Source of the DNA: Patescibacteria group bacterium
Lineage (GTDB): Bacteria > Patescibacteriota > Patescibacteriia > Magasanikbacterales > GWA2-37-8
NCBI GenBank assembly: GCA_028688375.1
Contig: JAQTYG010000001.1
Coordinates: 99,345 to 163,344 of the forward strand
Length of the DNA: 64,000 bases
Direction of reading: 5' to 3'
The notes under the pieces are model-generated. The model was not told where the DNA came from. It ran no database searches and saw only the letters and a program-made list of their open reading frames with translations. Each line of letters starts with the position of its first letter. Position 1 is the stretch's first letter. This document shows, in pieces, positions 20,291 through 30,559 of this stretch. The position numbers and the translations under genes are program-made.

Positions 20291-23260
20291 TTGGTCATGG
20301 ATATTTTGGTATTTATGCCGGAACAAAAACTAAACTCCGCCCAGAAACAAGCCGTGGAATATACCAGCGGCCCGCTTATTATCGTCGCCGGCGCGGGTAC
20401 GGGCAAAACCACGGTCATCACGCAAAAAATAAAATATCTGATTGATAAAAATCTGGCCAAACCGGAAGAAATTTTAGCGCTCACCTTTAACGAAAAAGCG
20501 GCGGCGGAAATGCAGGAACGAGTTGACGCGATGATGGACATCGGTTATTTGGACATGCATATTTCCACTTTTCACGCGTTCGGCCAGCGGCTGTTGGAAC
20601 AGCATGGGCTGGATATCGGCCTGCCCAACCGTTTCAAAACTTTAACGCAGACTGACGCCTGGCTTTTAATCCGTAAACATTTGTCAAAATTCAATCTGGA
20701 CTATTATCGGCCGCTGGGCAATCCCACCCGGCATATTCACGAACTGATTAAACATTTTTCCAAATGTAAAGACGAGTTGATCAGTCCGGAACAATATCTG
20801 GAATACGCGGAAAACATAAAATTGGATAAAGACGAAGTGGAGATTGAAGAAAAAACCCGCTTGGCGGAAATCTCTAACGCCTATCACGCCTACAATCAAT
20901 TGCTTTTAGATAACAACGCCCTGGATTTCGGCGATTTAATTTATTACGCGAATCTCTTGCTGGAAAAAAGGCCAGCCATTCTTAAAAGTTTACAGACAAA
21001 ATTCAAATACATTTTGGTCGACGAGTTCCAGGATGTAAACTGGGCGCAGTATCAATTGGTCAATAAAATCGCCGCCGGCGGGGCGCAATTGACCGCGGTG
21101 GGGGACGACGATCAAAGTATCTACGCTTTTCGCGGGGCCTCGGTATCCAATATCTTGCGCTTTAAGGATGATTGGCCGAAAGCCAAGGAAATCGTGCTAA
21201 CTGAAAACTATCGTTCCGGCCAGGATATTTTAGACAAAGCGTACGAACTGATTCAAAATAATAATCCTGACCGGTTGGAGGTGAAATTAAAAATCGATAA
21301 AAAGTTGGTTTCGGCCAATCAAAAATCTAAAATCATAAATCAGAAATCCGTTATTCATTCCCATCACAACACACTCGATGAAGAAGTAAAATTCGTGGTG
21401 GAAGAAATCGCTAAAATTAAAAAACAAAACAAGGACGCCGTTTGGGACGACTTCGCTATATTGGTCCGAGCGAACAGTCACGCCGAGCCGTTTATCAACG
21501 CGCTGGAAAAGAGCGGTATCCCTTATGAATTTTTAGCCGCCGCCGGATTATTTCGCCAACCGGTAATTTTGGATTGCGTCAATTTTTTAAATGCCATTAA
21601 CAATTATCATGAGTCGGCGGGAATTTATCGCTTGCTCCGCATGCCAATTTTTAATTTCACGGAAAATGACATGCAAAAATTGACCTACTTTGCCGGTAAA
21701 AAAAGTATTTCCTACTATGAGGCGTTGAAACGCGCCGGAGAAATAAAACTATCCAAAGAAGGCGCCGTCATCGCCGATAAATTAATCGCGTTGATACATG
21801 AAGGTATGAGGGCGGCTAAAAAAGAAAAGCCGACCGCGGTATTATATAATTTTTTTACCGCCAGTGGTTATCTAAAATTTTTAGCCGTTGGTGAAGACCG
21901 GGGAGACAGCTCGGTCATTCGCCAAATTTATCAACTCAATCAATTCTTGGAATACGTTGCTAACTACGAATCCATTACGCCCGGCGCGTCGGTGGCTGAT
22001 TGGCTGGAACATTTTAAACAAGTAGTTGATTCCGGCGATCAGGGAATAATGAAGCAACCGAAAGACACGCCCGATTCGGTCAATATCATGACCGTACATA
22101 CCGCTAAAGGTTTGGAATACAGTTATGTTTTCATGGTTAACTTGGTGGAAGAAAGATTCCCGACGAAAAAAAGAAGCGATGGTATTGCTATTCCGGAAAA
22201 GTTGGTGAAAGAACAATTGCCGGAAGGGGATAGCCACACGGAAGAAGAACGCCGTTTATTTTACGTCGCTATGACCCGGGCTAAAGATTCGCTGTATTTA
22301 ACCAGTGCCGATGACTACGGCGGAGCGCGCGAGAAAAAAATCAGCCGTTTTTTAAACGAAATTAATTTTGCCAAAATAGAATCTGAAAACAAAAAAACCT
22401 CCGGTTTGGAAAAAATAAAACCGGCGGTGGCGGCCGCGCCGACGGGAGAATTTGTTTACGAACTGCCAAAAGCGTTTTCTTTTTCGCAAATTCAAAAATA
22501 CGAAAAATGTCCCTACCAATATAAATTGGCTCATGTTTTAAAATTGCCGACCCAGGGCAGCCCGAGTTTCAGTTTTGGCTCCACCATACATAATACCTTG
22601 CAAACTTTTTATCAACGGCTTCAGGAAGTAAACGGCGCTACGCAAAATTCTCTTTTTTCCGGACCGGCGGCAGTGGAGAAAAAACAAAACATTGTCGCGC
22701 CGGCGCTCGACGAACTCTTAAAAATTTATGATGCCAGCTGGATCTCCGACTGGTACTTGAGCCAAAAACAGCGCGAAGAGTATTACGACAAAGGCAAAGA
22801 AGTTTTGCATAAATTTTACAAAACCAATACCGGCCAATGGACCATCCCCGCGGCGCTGGAAACCGGCTTTACCATTAAAATCGGCGAACATCTGGTTAAG
22901 GGGCGCATCGATCGTATTGATCAACTCGCCGACGGCACGTGGGAAATTATTGACTATAAAACCGGCCAGGGAAAAGATAAAATCGCCGGCGAAGACAAGG
23001 AGCAACTGTTGATTTATCAAATCGCCTTACAGCAATTGCCGGAATTCGCCACCGCCGGCCGGCCGGGACGCCTTACTTATTATTATTTAAATGAAGGGAA
23101 TAAAATATCCTTTTTGGGGACGGCCAAAGATACCGCCAAACTGGAAGAAAACATAGCCGAAATAATTACCCGTATTAAATCGTCAAATTTCACCGCTACA
23201 CCGGAAAAATTTACCTGTGGTCATTGTGATTGGCGGGATATTTGTGATTATCGCGCCTAG
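20291..23260 (+). CDS. UvrD/PcrA-family SF1 helicase fused to a C-terminal Cas4/AddB-like PD-(D/E)XK nuclease with a 4-Cys cluster
   Basis: Has the Walker A motif AGAGTGKTT and UvrD motifs throughout. The C-terminus has KCPYQYKLAHV...EIIDYKTGQ...CGHCDWRDICDY. The functional start may be the ATG at 20315 (MPEQKLNSAQ). Confidence 0.85.
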   Translation: MVMDILVFMPEQKLNSAQKQAVEYTSGPLIIVAGAGTGKTTVITQKIKYLIDKNLAKPEEILALTFNEKAAAEMQERVDAMMDIGYLDMHISTFHAFGQRLLEQHGLDIGLPNRFKTLTQTDAWLLIRKHLSKFNLDYYRPLGNPTRHIHELIKHFSKCKDELISPEQYLEYAENIKLDKDEVEIEEKTRLAEISNAYHAYNQLLLDNNALDFGDLIYYANLLLEKRPAILKSLQTKFKYILVDEFQDVNWAQYQLVNKIAAGGAQLTAVGDDDQSIYAFRGASVSNILRFKDDWPKAKEIVLTENYRSGQDILDKAYELIQNNNPDRLEVKLKIDKKLVSANQKSKIINQKSVIHSHHNTLDEEVKFVVEEIAKIKKQNKDAVWDDFAILVRANSHAEPFINALEKSGIPYEFLAAAGLFRQPVILDCVNFLNAINNYHESAGIYRLLRMPIFNFTENDMQKLTYFAGKKSISYYEALKRAGEIKLSKEGAVIADKLIALIHEGMRAAKKEKPTAVLYNFFTASGYLKFLAVGEDRGDSSVIRQIYQLNQFLEYVANYESITPGASVADWLEHFKQVVDSGDQGIMKQPKDTPDSVNIMTVHTAKGLEYSYVFMVNLVEERFPTKKRSDGIAIPEKLVKEQLPEGDSHTEEERRLFYVAMTRAKDSLYLTSADDYGGAREKKISRFLNEINFAKIESENKKTSGLEKIKPAVAAAPTGEFVYELPKAFSFSQIQKYEKCPYQYKLAHVLKLPTQGSPSFSFGSTIHNTLQTFYQRLQEVNGATQNSLFSGPAAVEKKQNIVAPALDELLKIYDASWISDWYLSQKQREEYYDKGKEVLHKFYKTNTGQWTIPAALETGFTIKIGEHLVKGRIDRIDQLADGTWEIIDYKTGQGKDKIAGEDKEQLLIYQIALQQLPEFATAGRPGRLTYYYLNEGNKISFLGTAKDTAKLEENIAEIITRIKSSNFTATPEKFTCGHCDWRDICDYRA

Positions 23261-23269
23261 GTTATACTT

Positions 23270-23569
23270 ATGCCGAATCTAAAATCAATTTTCTCCATTC
23301 TTAACCAGAAAAAAATAGAATCGCCGGTCATGCGAGGCGCCATGGCCGCCATGACTGTGGAAGGAGCCAACCGAATTTTAACGGAACTTTTCGGCGCGGA
23401 AATTGAACGCTACGCTCAAGCAGTGTTCATCAAAAATGGCGTTCTTACCATGGAGTGCAAGGGTTCGGCCGCGGCCAGCGAAATAAAATTAAATGAAAAG
23501 AAAATTTTGGCTAAAATAAGAGAAGAATTTGGCCAAAATTCCATCGATAAAATCCGCTATCGCGCCTAG
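23270..23569 (+). CDS. DUF721 (DciA-like) domain protein
   Basis: 99 aa with ANRILTELFG...FIKNGVLTMECKGSAAASEIKLNEKKILAKI, which matches DUF721. Confidence 0.55.
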   Translation: MPNLKSIFSILNQKKIESPVMRGAMAAMTVEGANRILTELFGAEIERYAQAVFIKNGVLTMECKGSAAASEIKLNEKKILAKIREEFGQNSIDKIRYRA

Positions 23570-23621
23570 AGGTTCCGTCTTGCCAAAACAGGCCAAACCT
23601 GATAAATTACCCACTACGCCT

Positions 23622-24023
23622 ATGACTTTGCGCCAGTATCTAATCATCATGTCAATTGCCACCGCCGTTTGTTGGGCGGTCTGGGCTTCGGTCGTCTTTT
23701 TCTACGACCCGCAGTCGGCTGGTTTTATCGGTTTTTCGCTTTTCTACCTGAGTTTATTTTTAAGCCTGCTCGGCACATTTTCCGTCATCGGTTTCTTTAT
23801 CAGAGCCAAGATGGTTAAGAACGACGAAATTGTTTTTCGTTATATCAAAAAAACTTTTCGTCAGGGAATATTTTTTGCCACTTTTATCTTACTATTACTT
23901 TTTTTACAGCAACACAAACTGCTCACCTGGTGGAACTTTACTTTGCTCTTGCTGTTCTACATATTTTTCGAGAGTTTAATTTTCGCCAACCGTAAATATC
24001 AAAATCGAGATTATGTGGGGTGA
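23622..24023 (+). CDS. Hypothetical membrane protein
   Basis: About 4 TM helices. The start is chosen at the ATG at 23622, in frame with the 23529 ORF. Confidence 0.4.
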   Translation: MTLRQYLIIMSIATAVCWAVWASVVFFYDPQSAGFIGFSLFYLSLFLSLLGTFSVIGFFIRAKMVKNDEIVFRYIKKTFRQGIFFATFILLLLFLQQHKLLTWWNFTLLLLFYIFFESLIFANRKYQNRDYVG

Positions 24024-25065
24024 TATTTTAAACAGATTCAGAAAAGATTTGGGTATTGACCTGGGAACGGCCAATACTTTGGTTTATGTGAAGGGCAAAG
24101 GGATAGTGATCAATGAGCCGAGCGTGGTTTCAGTCAATACTAGAACCGAACAAATTTTGGCGGTTGGCAATGAGGCCAAAGAGATGCTGGGCAAAACTCC
24201 GCCTCATATTATTACCACCCGGCCACTAACCAATGGCATTATATCCGATTTCGAAGTGACCGAAAAAATGCTGACGCATTTTATGGATAAGGTGCACGAG
24301 GGTTCGTTGAGTTTCATGTCCCGTCCCCGCGTAGTGGTGGGCGCGCCGCTTGACCTAACCGAAGTGGAACGCAAAGCGGTGAGCGACGCCATGCTCAGCG
24401 CCGGGGCCAGCCGAGTTTGGATCGTGGAGGAGCCGATGGCCGCGGCCATCGGTTCACGCATGCCGATTCACGAACCGGTCGGCAACTTCATCGTGGATAT
24501 CGGCGGCGGCACCACGGAAATTGCCGTCATCTCTTTGAGTGGCGTGGTTAAGTGGCGCTCGATCAAAATCGCCGGGGATGAATTGAATCACAACATCACG
24601 CAATACGCCCGCGAAGTATTTAATCTTTTGGTCGGCGAAAGACAAGCCGAAGAAATAAAAATTAAAATCGGTTCAGCGGTGGAAATGCCGGAAAAAATGG
24701 TTTTTCCGATGCGCGGCCGCGACATGGTTACCGGCCTGCCGAAAGAAGTGATGATTAGCGACGCCGAAGTCCGCGAGGCCATCTCGCGTTCTTTACGCGC
24801 CATGGTGGACAACATTAAAGGCACCTTGGAAGTTACCCCGCCGGAACTGATCGCCGATATCCACGAACGCGGGATATTGTTGACCGGTGGCGGCGCGCTG
24901 TTGCGCGGTATCGACCAATTAATCGAACGAGCCACGGAAATCCCGGTCCGCATTGCCGACGATCCGTTAACCGCCGTGGTGCGCGGGACTTCGCTCCTGC
25001 TGGATAACATGCCGTTGTTGGAAGAGGTGGCGGTCTATCCGCCGCGGCCGGAAAGAAAAAATTAA
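24013..25065 (+). CDS. mreB: Rod shape-determining protein MreB
   Basis: Actin-like ATPase with GIDLGTANTLVY and DIGGGTTEIAV. Confidence 0.9.
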   Translation: MWGDILNRFRKDLGIDLGTANTLVYVKGKGIVINEPSVVSVNTRTEQILAVGNEAKEMLGKTPPHIITTRPLTNGIISDFEVTEKMLTHFMDKVHEGSLSFMSRPRVVVGAPLDLTEVERKAVSDAMLSAGASRVWIVEEPMAAAIGSRMPIHEPVGNFIVDIGGGTTEIAVISLSGVVKWRSIKIAGDELNHNITQYAREVFNLLVGERQAEEIKIKIGSAVEMPEKMVFPMRGRDMVTGLPKEVMISDAEVREAISRSLRAMVDNIKGTLEVTPPELIADIHERGILLTGGGALLRGIDQLIERATEIPVRIADDPLTAVVRGTSLLLDNMPLLEEVAVYPPRPERKN

Positions 25066-25078
25066 ATCGGGTAAGTTT

Positions 25079-25888
25079 TTGCCTATGATTAAACTGGGCG
25101 CTGCCAAAACCTACTTTGTGGCGGGAGCAATATTAATATTGCTTATTTTTTTTAATTATCTGGGTTGGCTGGGCGCCTTAGGCGCGTCCGTCCGCCATTT
25201 TTTTATTCCGATTTTTTCCAAAACTTCGGAGATCAGCATCGGCGTGGGAGACAGCTATGAATTTTTTAAAAACCGGGAAGCGTTTTTTGAATCATATGAA
25301 CAATGCCGCGCGGATCAACAAAATAACACCATCGATGAGGCGCAGAAAAAAATCTTAACAGACGAAAACGCGCAATTAAAAGAACTGCTCGGTTTCAAAG
25401 AAAAAAATAACACCGCTTTCGTGGTGGCTCGAGTGGTCGGTAAAAACATCGCCAGCGCCGAACAAACAATTATTATTGACCGTGGCATGGAGGAGGGGAT
25501 TAAACCGGATCAGCCGGTCATCGTCGGCAAAGGAATTTTAATAGGCAAGGTGGTAAAAGTGGAAGAAGGTTTGGCGATAGTCCGCTTAATTAACGACAAT
25601 CAATCAAAAATCGCCGCCACCACCCTCAATACCGACCACAGTTTGGGCGTCGTGGAAGGCGGTTATGGCCTAAGCGTCAAAATGAATTTTATCCCGCGCA
25701 ACGAAACCATTCTGGTCGGAGACCAAATCATTACTTCGGGGCTGGAAGCCAATATGCCACGCGGTCTCTTGATCGGCTCCGTTACGGCCGTAGAAAATGA
25801 AACTTATCAGCCTTTTCAAGAGGCGGTGCTGACACCGGGCACGGAACTGGCTAAAATTTATTTGGTCGGCGTGATCTTGACCCCTTAA
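25079..25888 (+). CDS. mreC: Rod shape-determining protein MreC
   Basis: N-terminal TM helix, a coiled coil and a beta-rich domain. It follows mreB. Confidence 0.75.
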   Translation: MPMIKLGAAKTYFVAGAILILLIFFNYLGWLGALGASVRHFFIPIFSKTSEISIGVGDSYEFFKNREAFFESYEQCRADQQNNTIDEAQKKILTDENAQLKELLGFKEKNNTAFVVARVVGKNIASAEQTIIIDRGMEEGIKPDQPVIVGKGILIGKVVKVEEGLAIVRLINDNQSKIAATTLNTDHSLGVVEGGYGLSVKMNFIPRNETILVGDQIITSGLEANMPRGLLIGSVTAVENETYQPFQEAVLTPGTELAKIYLVGVILTP

Positions 25889-25891
25889 ACT

Positions 25892-26431
25892 ATGCGAATC
25901 TTCTGGGGAGCGCTTATAAAAATATTCGCGGTAGTCGCGGTTTTTACTTTAAACATCTTCGCGATGAATGTTTTGCCTTTTCCGTTCAACCGCCTCAACA
26001 TTATTTTTACCGGGGTGTTTTTATTTTTGCTTTTCGGCAAAAATAATCGCGCTTTTTGGTTTATCGCGCCACTGGCGCTATTAGCTGAATTTTTTTCCTC
26101 CATGCCTTTCGGGGCCAATGCCGCCGCTATTATCGCCGGCATGGTCGTGATCGAATGGACTCTGCTCAATCTGCTAACCACGCGGACACTGCTAACCTGC
26201 GGGGCGGCGTTTTTAATCGGCTTCGTCGTTTATCGCCTCACTTTTATCGCGGCCTTAATTTTCTTCCAATTGCTCGGCTTGTCCGATAAAATCGCGCTAA
26301 CAAAAATATTTTTTGCCAATATCGGGACGGAGCTGGCCGTTAATATCATCTTCGTCTTATTGCTTTACCCGATTATTTCCTTTTTTGTACAACGGCCGAA
26401 TCCGCGCTATTTAACCGGCCGTGCCATATGA
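25892..26431 (+). CDS. mreD: Rod shape-determining protein MreD-like membrane protein
   Basis: 179-aa polytopic membrane protein between mreC and PBP2. Confidence 0.55.
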   Translation: MRIFWGALIKIFAVVAVFTLNIFAMNVLPFPFNRLNIIFTGVFLFLLFGKNNRAFWFIAPLALLAEFFSSMPFGANAAAIIAGMVVIEWTLLNLLTTRTLLTCGAAFLIGFVVYRLTFIAALIFFQLLGLSDKIALTKIFFANIGTELAVNIIFVLLLYPIISFFVQRPNPRYLTGRAI

Positions 26432-28410
26432 AAAACGATGACATTTTTAATCCTCCGCTGGATCAGCACCGCCAACACGGCAGTCTGGCCGGTAAATACA
26501 AGCGCGATTGGGTGGAAGAAAATTTTGAATATTTTGCCACCAATGGAAAAATAATTCATATCCCGACCACGCGCAACTTTCTCGGCGCGACTATTTCCGG
26601 CCGTAAATTAAAAATATTTTTATTAATAGTCGCCTGCGCCGTCGCGGTAATATTCGGCCGAGTTTTTTATTTGCAAATTATCAAAGGCGACTATTATCGC
26701 GGGCTGGCGGAAAATAATCGCATCCGCCTCAAACCGACACCCGCCGAACGGGGCCTGATTTATGACCGCAACGGTGAGAGCCTGGTACAAAACGTGCCGA
26801 GTTTTTTACTTTCCATTGTACCGCAGGACTTGCCTAAAAACGCCGAGGAGAGAAAAGCCATTATCGCGCAAATCGCTCTGGTCAGCGGCGTGCCGGCGAA
26901 AGACATTACGGAATTAATTAAAAAATACAGCGACTACAGCTATGAATCATTGGTAGTGAAAGATAATTTGGATTACCAGTCGGCGCTAGAACTTTATGTG
27001 CAAAACGCCAACCTGCCCGGTATTTTAATTGAAAAAGGAACTCAGCGTCTCTACCGCCTCACCGGATTTAAACAAACGGGACCGGTGGCCAGTTTATCTC
27101 ACGTGATCGGCTACTTGGGAAAAATTAACGAGACCGAACTGGCGAATCGCCGCAGCAGCGGTTATTTGGCATCGGATCATTTAGGAAAAACCGGTTTGGA
27201 AAAATTCTATGAGACTGAGTTGCGCGGAATTTACGGCAAGAAAAAAATCGAGGTGGACGCGCTGGGGCGGGAACAAAATGTGCTGGCCGAAGAAGCGCCG
27301 CAACCGGGGAAAAATTTGATATTAAGTTTGGATCTGGAAGGGCAGGAAAAAATGGAAACTTTAATAAAAAGAACTTTAGCCGTTACCAAAACTAAAAAGG
27401 CGGCCGCGATCGCCATGAACCCGCAAACCGGAGAAATTTTAGCGTTAGTTAGTTGGCCGAGCTTTGATAACAATAATTTTTCTTCGGGAATTTCTCAAGA
27501 AAATTATCAAAAATACGTCAACGATCCGGACCAACCTCTTTTTAACCGAGTGATCGCCGGCACTTATCCTTCCGGCTCGACCGTTAAACCGCTTTATGTG
27601 GCCGCCGCTTTACAAGAGGGAATTGTTACTAAAAATACGTCATTTTTAAGCACCGGCGGTTTAAGAGTGGACCAGTGGTTTTTCCCGGACTGGAAAGCCG
27701 GCGGACACGGCGTCACCAACGCCGCCAAAGCTCTGGCCTGGTCGGTTAATACCTACTTTTATTATATCGGCGGCGGTTATGGAAATTTTGTCGGCCTGGG
27801 CGTGGAAAAAATGGTGAATTATTTAAAAAAATTCGGCTTGGCCGCGCCCACCGGTATTGATTTGCCGGGGGAAGAAAGCGGATTTTTGCCAAGCAAAAAA
27901 TGGAAGGAAGAAACAAAAAAAGAAATGTGGTATGTCGGCGACACTTATAACTTATCGATCGGGCAAGGCGACCTCCTGGTTACGCCGTTGCAGGTGGCCG
28001 TGTGGACTTCAACCGTGGCGAACGGCGGTTCGGTGGTCAAACCGCATTTGGTAAAAGCTATCACCGACCCCATTACTAAAAAATCGACTCCGATTAAAAC
28101 CGAATATTTAAATGAGAATGTTGTTTCCGCCGCGAACATGGACGTGGCTCAACAAGGGATGCGGGAATGCGTGATTTACGGCAGTTGTCAGCTGCTTAAA
28201 TCCTTACCTTTTACCTCCGGCGGAAAAACCGGCACGGCGCAATGGAGTACGACCAAACCCGAACACGCTTGGTTTACGGCTTTCGCGCCTTTTAATCAAC
28301 CGGAAATCGTTGTGACCGTGCTGATCGAAGGCGGCGGTGAGGGCAGTATTGTGGCCATGCCCATCGCCCGGGACTGGCTGGCCTGGTGGGGACAAAAATA
28401 CTTGAAATAA
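26428..28410 (+). CDS. mrdA: Penicillin-binding protein 2 (elongasome transpeptidase)
   Basis: Carries the SxxK (SGSTVKP), SxN and KTG(T) motifs. Confidence 0.85.
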   Translation: MKNDDIFNPPLDQHRQHGSLAGKYKRDWVEENFEYFATNGKIIHIPTTRNFLGATISGRKLKIFLLIVACAVAVIFGRVFYLQIIKGDYYRGLAENNRIRLKPTPAERGLIYDRNGESLVQNVPSFLLSIVPQDLPKNAEERKAIIAQIALVSGVPAKDITELIKKYSDYSYESLVVKDNLDYQSALELYVQNANLPGILIEKGTQRLYRLTGFKQTGPVASLSHVIGYLGKINETELANRRSSGYLASDHLGKTGLEKFYETELRGIYGKKKIEVDALGREQNVLAEEAPQPGKNLILSLDLEGQEKMETLIKRTLAVTKTKKAAAIAMNPQTGEILALVSWPSFDNNNFSSGISQENYQKYVNDPDQPLFNRVIAGTYPSGSTVKPLYVAAALQEGIVTKNTSFLSTGGLRVDQWFFPDWKAGGHGVTNAAKALAWSVNTYFYYIGGGYGNFVGLGVEKMVNYLKKFGLAAPTGIDLPGEESGFLPSKKWKEETKKEMWYVGDTYNLSIGQGDLLVTPLQVAVWTSTVANGGSVVKPHLVKAITDPITKKSTPIKTEYLNENVVSAANMDVAQQGMRECVIYGSCQLLKSLPFTSGGKTGTAQWSTTKPEHAWFTAFAPFNQPEIVVTVLIEGGGEGSIVAMPIARDWLAWWGQKYLK

Positions 28411-28430
28411 AATTCAATGGTTTGTATAAT
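28403..28430 (+). promoter_or_regulatory. Putative promoter (TTGAAA-16-TATAAT) for greA
   Basis: TTGAAA at 28403-28408 and TATAAT at 28425-28430. The 5'UTR then has the hairpin GCCCCGC-aaaaattc-GCGGGGC at about 28441-28464. Confidence 0.4.
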
Positions 28431-28499
28431 AACCAAGTCATGCCCCGCAAAAATTCGCGGGGCAAAATAATTAAATTTTTAAATTCATCATCTATCATT

Positions 28500-28970
28500 A
28501 TGACCGACAAAACACAGTACATCACTCAGGGGAGTTTGGACGATCTAAGAACAGAACTTGATTTATTAAAAAATAAAAAAATTCCCGAAATCGCCAATCG
28601 CATTGACGAAGCCAAACAGCAGGGCGACCTTTCGGAAAACGCCGAATACCACCAAGCCAAAGAAGATATGGCTTGGGCGCAAGGCCGTTTGTTGGAGCTG
28701 GAACAACTCTTAAGCAACGTGCAAATAATCGAAGAAAGAACCAGCAAAAACGGCGAAGCGGTCATGGTGGGCCAGACCGTCACGGTGGAAGTTAATGGAG
28801 CGAAAAAAGAATATACGATCGTCGGCCCGCAAGAAGCCGATCCGTTCAGCGGCAAAATTTCCAATGAATCACCTCTGGGCGAAGCCTTTATCGGCCGAAC
28901 GGCGGGGGAGAGCGTGGCGGTGGACACTCCGGCGGGAAAGCAGGTATATAAAATACTAAAAATCACTTAA
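28500..28970 (+). CDS. greA: Transcription elongation factor GreA
   Basis: Starts at the ATG at 28500 (MTDKTQYITQGSL...DLSENAEYHQAKE), matching the GreA N-terminal coiled coil. Confidence 0.85.
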   Translation: MTDKTQYITQGSLDDLRTELDLLKNKKIPEIANRIDEAKQQGDLSENAEYHQAKEDMAWAQGRLLELEQLLSNVQIIEERTSKNGEAVMVGQTVTVEVNGAKKEYTIVGPQEADPFSGKISNESPLGEAFIGRTAGESVAVDTPAGKQVYKILKIT

Positions 28971-28984
28971 TTTGTCGCTAAACG

Positions 28985-29015
28985 CTCCTCGGGATAAAAG
29001 CCCGGGGAGTTTTTT
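28985..29015 (+). terminator. Rho-independent terminator after greA
   Basis: CTCCTCGGG-ataaaag-CCCGGGGAG followed by TTTTTT. Confidence 0.6.
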
Positions 29016-29042
29016 GACTGAAACGCGCGCTTACGGTATAAT
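29014..29042 (+). promoter_or_regulatory. Consensus sigma70 promoter (TTGACT-17-TATAAT) for the lysS-serS-alr-ftsQ operon
   Basis: TTGACT at 29014-29019, a 17-nt spacer, then TATAAT at 29037-29042. Confidence 0.7.
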
Positions 29043-29067
29043 ATTACGGTATTTATTCCGTTAAATA

Positions 29068-30555
29068 ATGCCAATTTCTGATACAAATATGACCGAAGAT
29101 ATACTTAATGAGGAGCAAACGCGGGCCAATCGTCTGCAAGCGATACGCGATGCCGGAATTGACCCGTATCCGGCGCGTTGCGAACACAAACAAACACTGG
29201 CTGAAGCTAAAAGCGCGGCCGAAGGCGCCAAAGTTACTGTCGCCGGCCGATTAGTTTCCCAGCGCGAGATGGGAAAGCTTTGTTTTAGTCATCTCCAAGA
29301 TTTTTCCGGCCGTCTGCAAATTGCTGTTTCGGAAAAAGAACTGGGCAAGGACGCTTACAAATTTTTTACCAAAAATATTGATTTGGGCGATTTTCTGTCG
29401 GTTGAGGGCGAAATGTTCGTGACCCATAAAGGCGAAACTTCTATTTTGGCCAAAAAATATACTTTAATTGCCAAGTCGCTTCTACCACTGCCGGAAAAAT
29501 TCCACGGCTTATCCAACGTGGAAGTGCGCTATCGCCAGCGTTATCTGGACTTGCTGGCCAACGAAGAGGCGATGAATATCGCTAAAATGCGCAGTGTGTT
29601 GGTGCGAGAAATACGGAAATATTTTGACGGCCGCGATTTCTACGAAGTAGAGACACCGGTTTTACAATCATTATACGGCGGGGCTAATGCCAAACCTTTT
29701 ATCACTCATCATAACGCTTTAGACATCGATTTATTTTTGCGCGTCGCGCCGGAATTATTTTTAAAACGCCTGATGGTCGGCGGTTTTGAAAAAGTTTACG
29801 AACTGGGAAAATGCTTCCGTAACGAAGGCATTGATAATAATCACAATCCGGAATTTTCACAGGTGGAAGCCTACTGGGCCTATGCCGATTACCACGATAT
29901 GATGGGTTTGATTGAGGACTTGATGCCGAAATTAATTACGGCGGCCGGTTTGCCGTTGAAATTTGAGACGCTGGGCCATGAAGTCGATTTCACCCCGCCG
30001 TATCCGCGCCAGACCATGCGCGAAATTATAAAACAATACGCCAAAATTGATATTGAGGATTATCCCGACCAGCCGTCAATGTATAAGGCGGCGATAAAAT
30101 TGAAGGTGGAAGGAATTGAAAAAAATACCGGCCGGGGAAAATTGATTGATGAAATATATAAGGCGTACGCCCGCCCGAAAATTATTAATCCGATTTTCAT
30201 GACAGACCATCCGATTGAATTGTCGCCCTTGGCCAAACGTAAAACGGACAATCCGAATTATGCGGAGAGATTCCAACTCCTGTGCGTTGGTGGAAATGAA
30301 ATGTGCAATGCCTTTTCCGAGCTAAACGACCCGTTGGACCAGGAAGCCCGCCTCAAAGATCAGGAAGCCCTGCGCAAGCTGGGTGATGAAGAGGGGATGC
30401 GTTATGACGAGGATTTTATTACCGCTCTAAAACATGGCATGCCGCCGACTGCCGGTTTGGGTATGGGTATTGATCGGCTGGTGAAACTTCTAGCCAACGC
30501 CGATAATCTTAAAGAAGTAATTTTGTTTCCGACTCTAAAACCTGAAAACAAGTAA
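29068..30555 (+). CDS. lysS: Lysyl-tRNA synthetase (class II)
   Basis: 495 aa with class II motifs 1-3 (FRNEG, GLGMGIDR). Confidence 0.9.
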   Translation: MPISDTNMTEDILNEEQTRANRLQAIRDAGIDPYPARCEHKQTLAEAKSAAEGAKVTVAGRLVSQREMGKLCFSHLQDFSGRLQIAVSEKELGKDAYKFFTKNIDLGDFLSVEGEMFVTHKGETSILAKKYTLIAKSLLPLPEKFHGLSNVEVRYRQRYLDLLANEEAMNIAKMRSVLVREIRKYFDGRDFYEVETPVLQSLYGGANAKPFITHHNALDIDLFLRVAPELFLKRLMVGGFEKVYELGKCFRNEGIDNNHNPEFSQVEAYWAYADYHDMMGLIEDLMPKLITAAGLPLKFETLGHEVDFTPPYPRQTMREIIKQYAKIDIEDYPDQPSMYKAAIKLKVEGIEKNTGRGKLIDEIYKAYARPKIINPIFMTDHPIELSPLAKRKTDNPNYAERFQLLCVGGNEMCNAFSELNDPLDQEARLKDQEALRKLGDEEGMRYDEDFITALKHGMPPTAGLGMGIDRLVKLLANADNLKEVILFPTLKPENK

Positions 30556-30559
30556 ACAT

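Noticed and set aside
19768-20541. 257-aa minus-strand ORF spanning the small-protein and metallothionein-like region and the helicase start
   Set aside because: It overlaps two well-supported plus-strand genes and a terminator, has a low-complexity Ser/Ala/Pro-rich translation, and has no start context. It is most likely an antisense artefact of GC-rich codons.
28441-28464. Hairpin GCCCCGC-aaaaattc-GCGGGGC after mrdA, considered as a terminator
   Set aside because: It has no T-run on either strand and it lies downstream of a TATAAT box, so it is more likely a 5'UTR structure of greA than a terminator.
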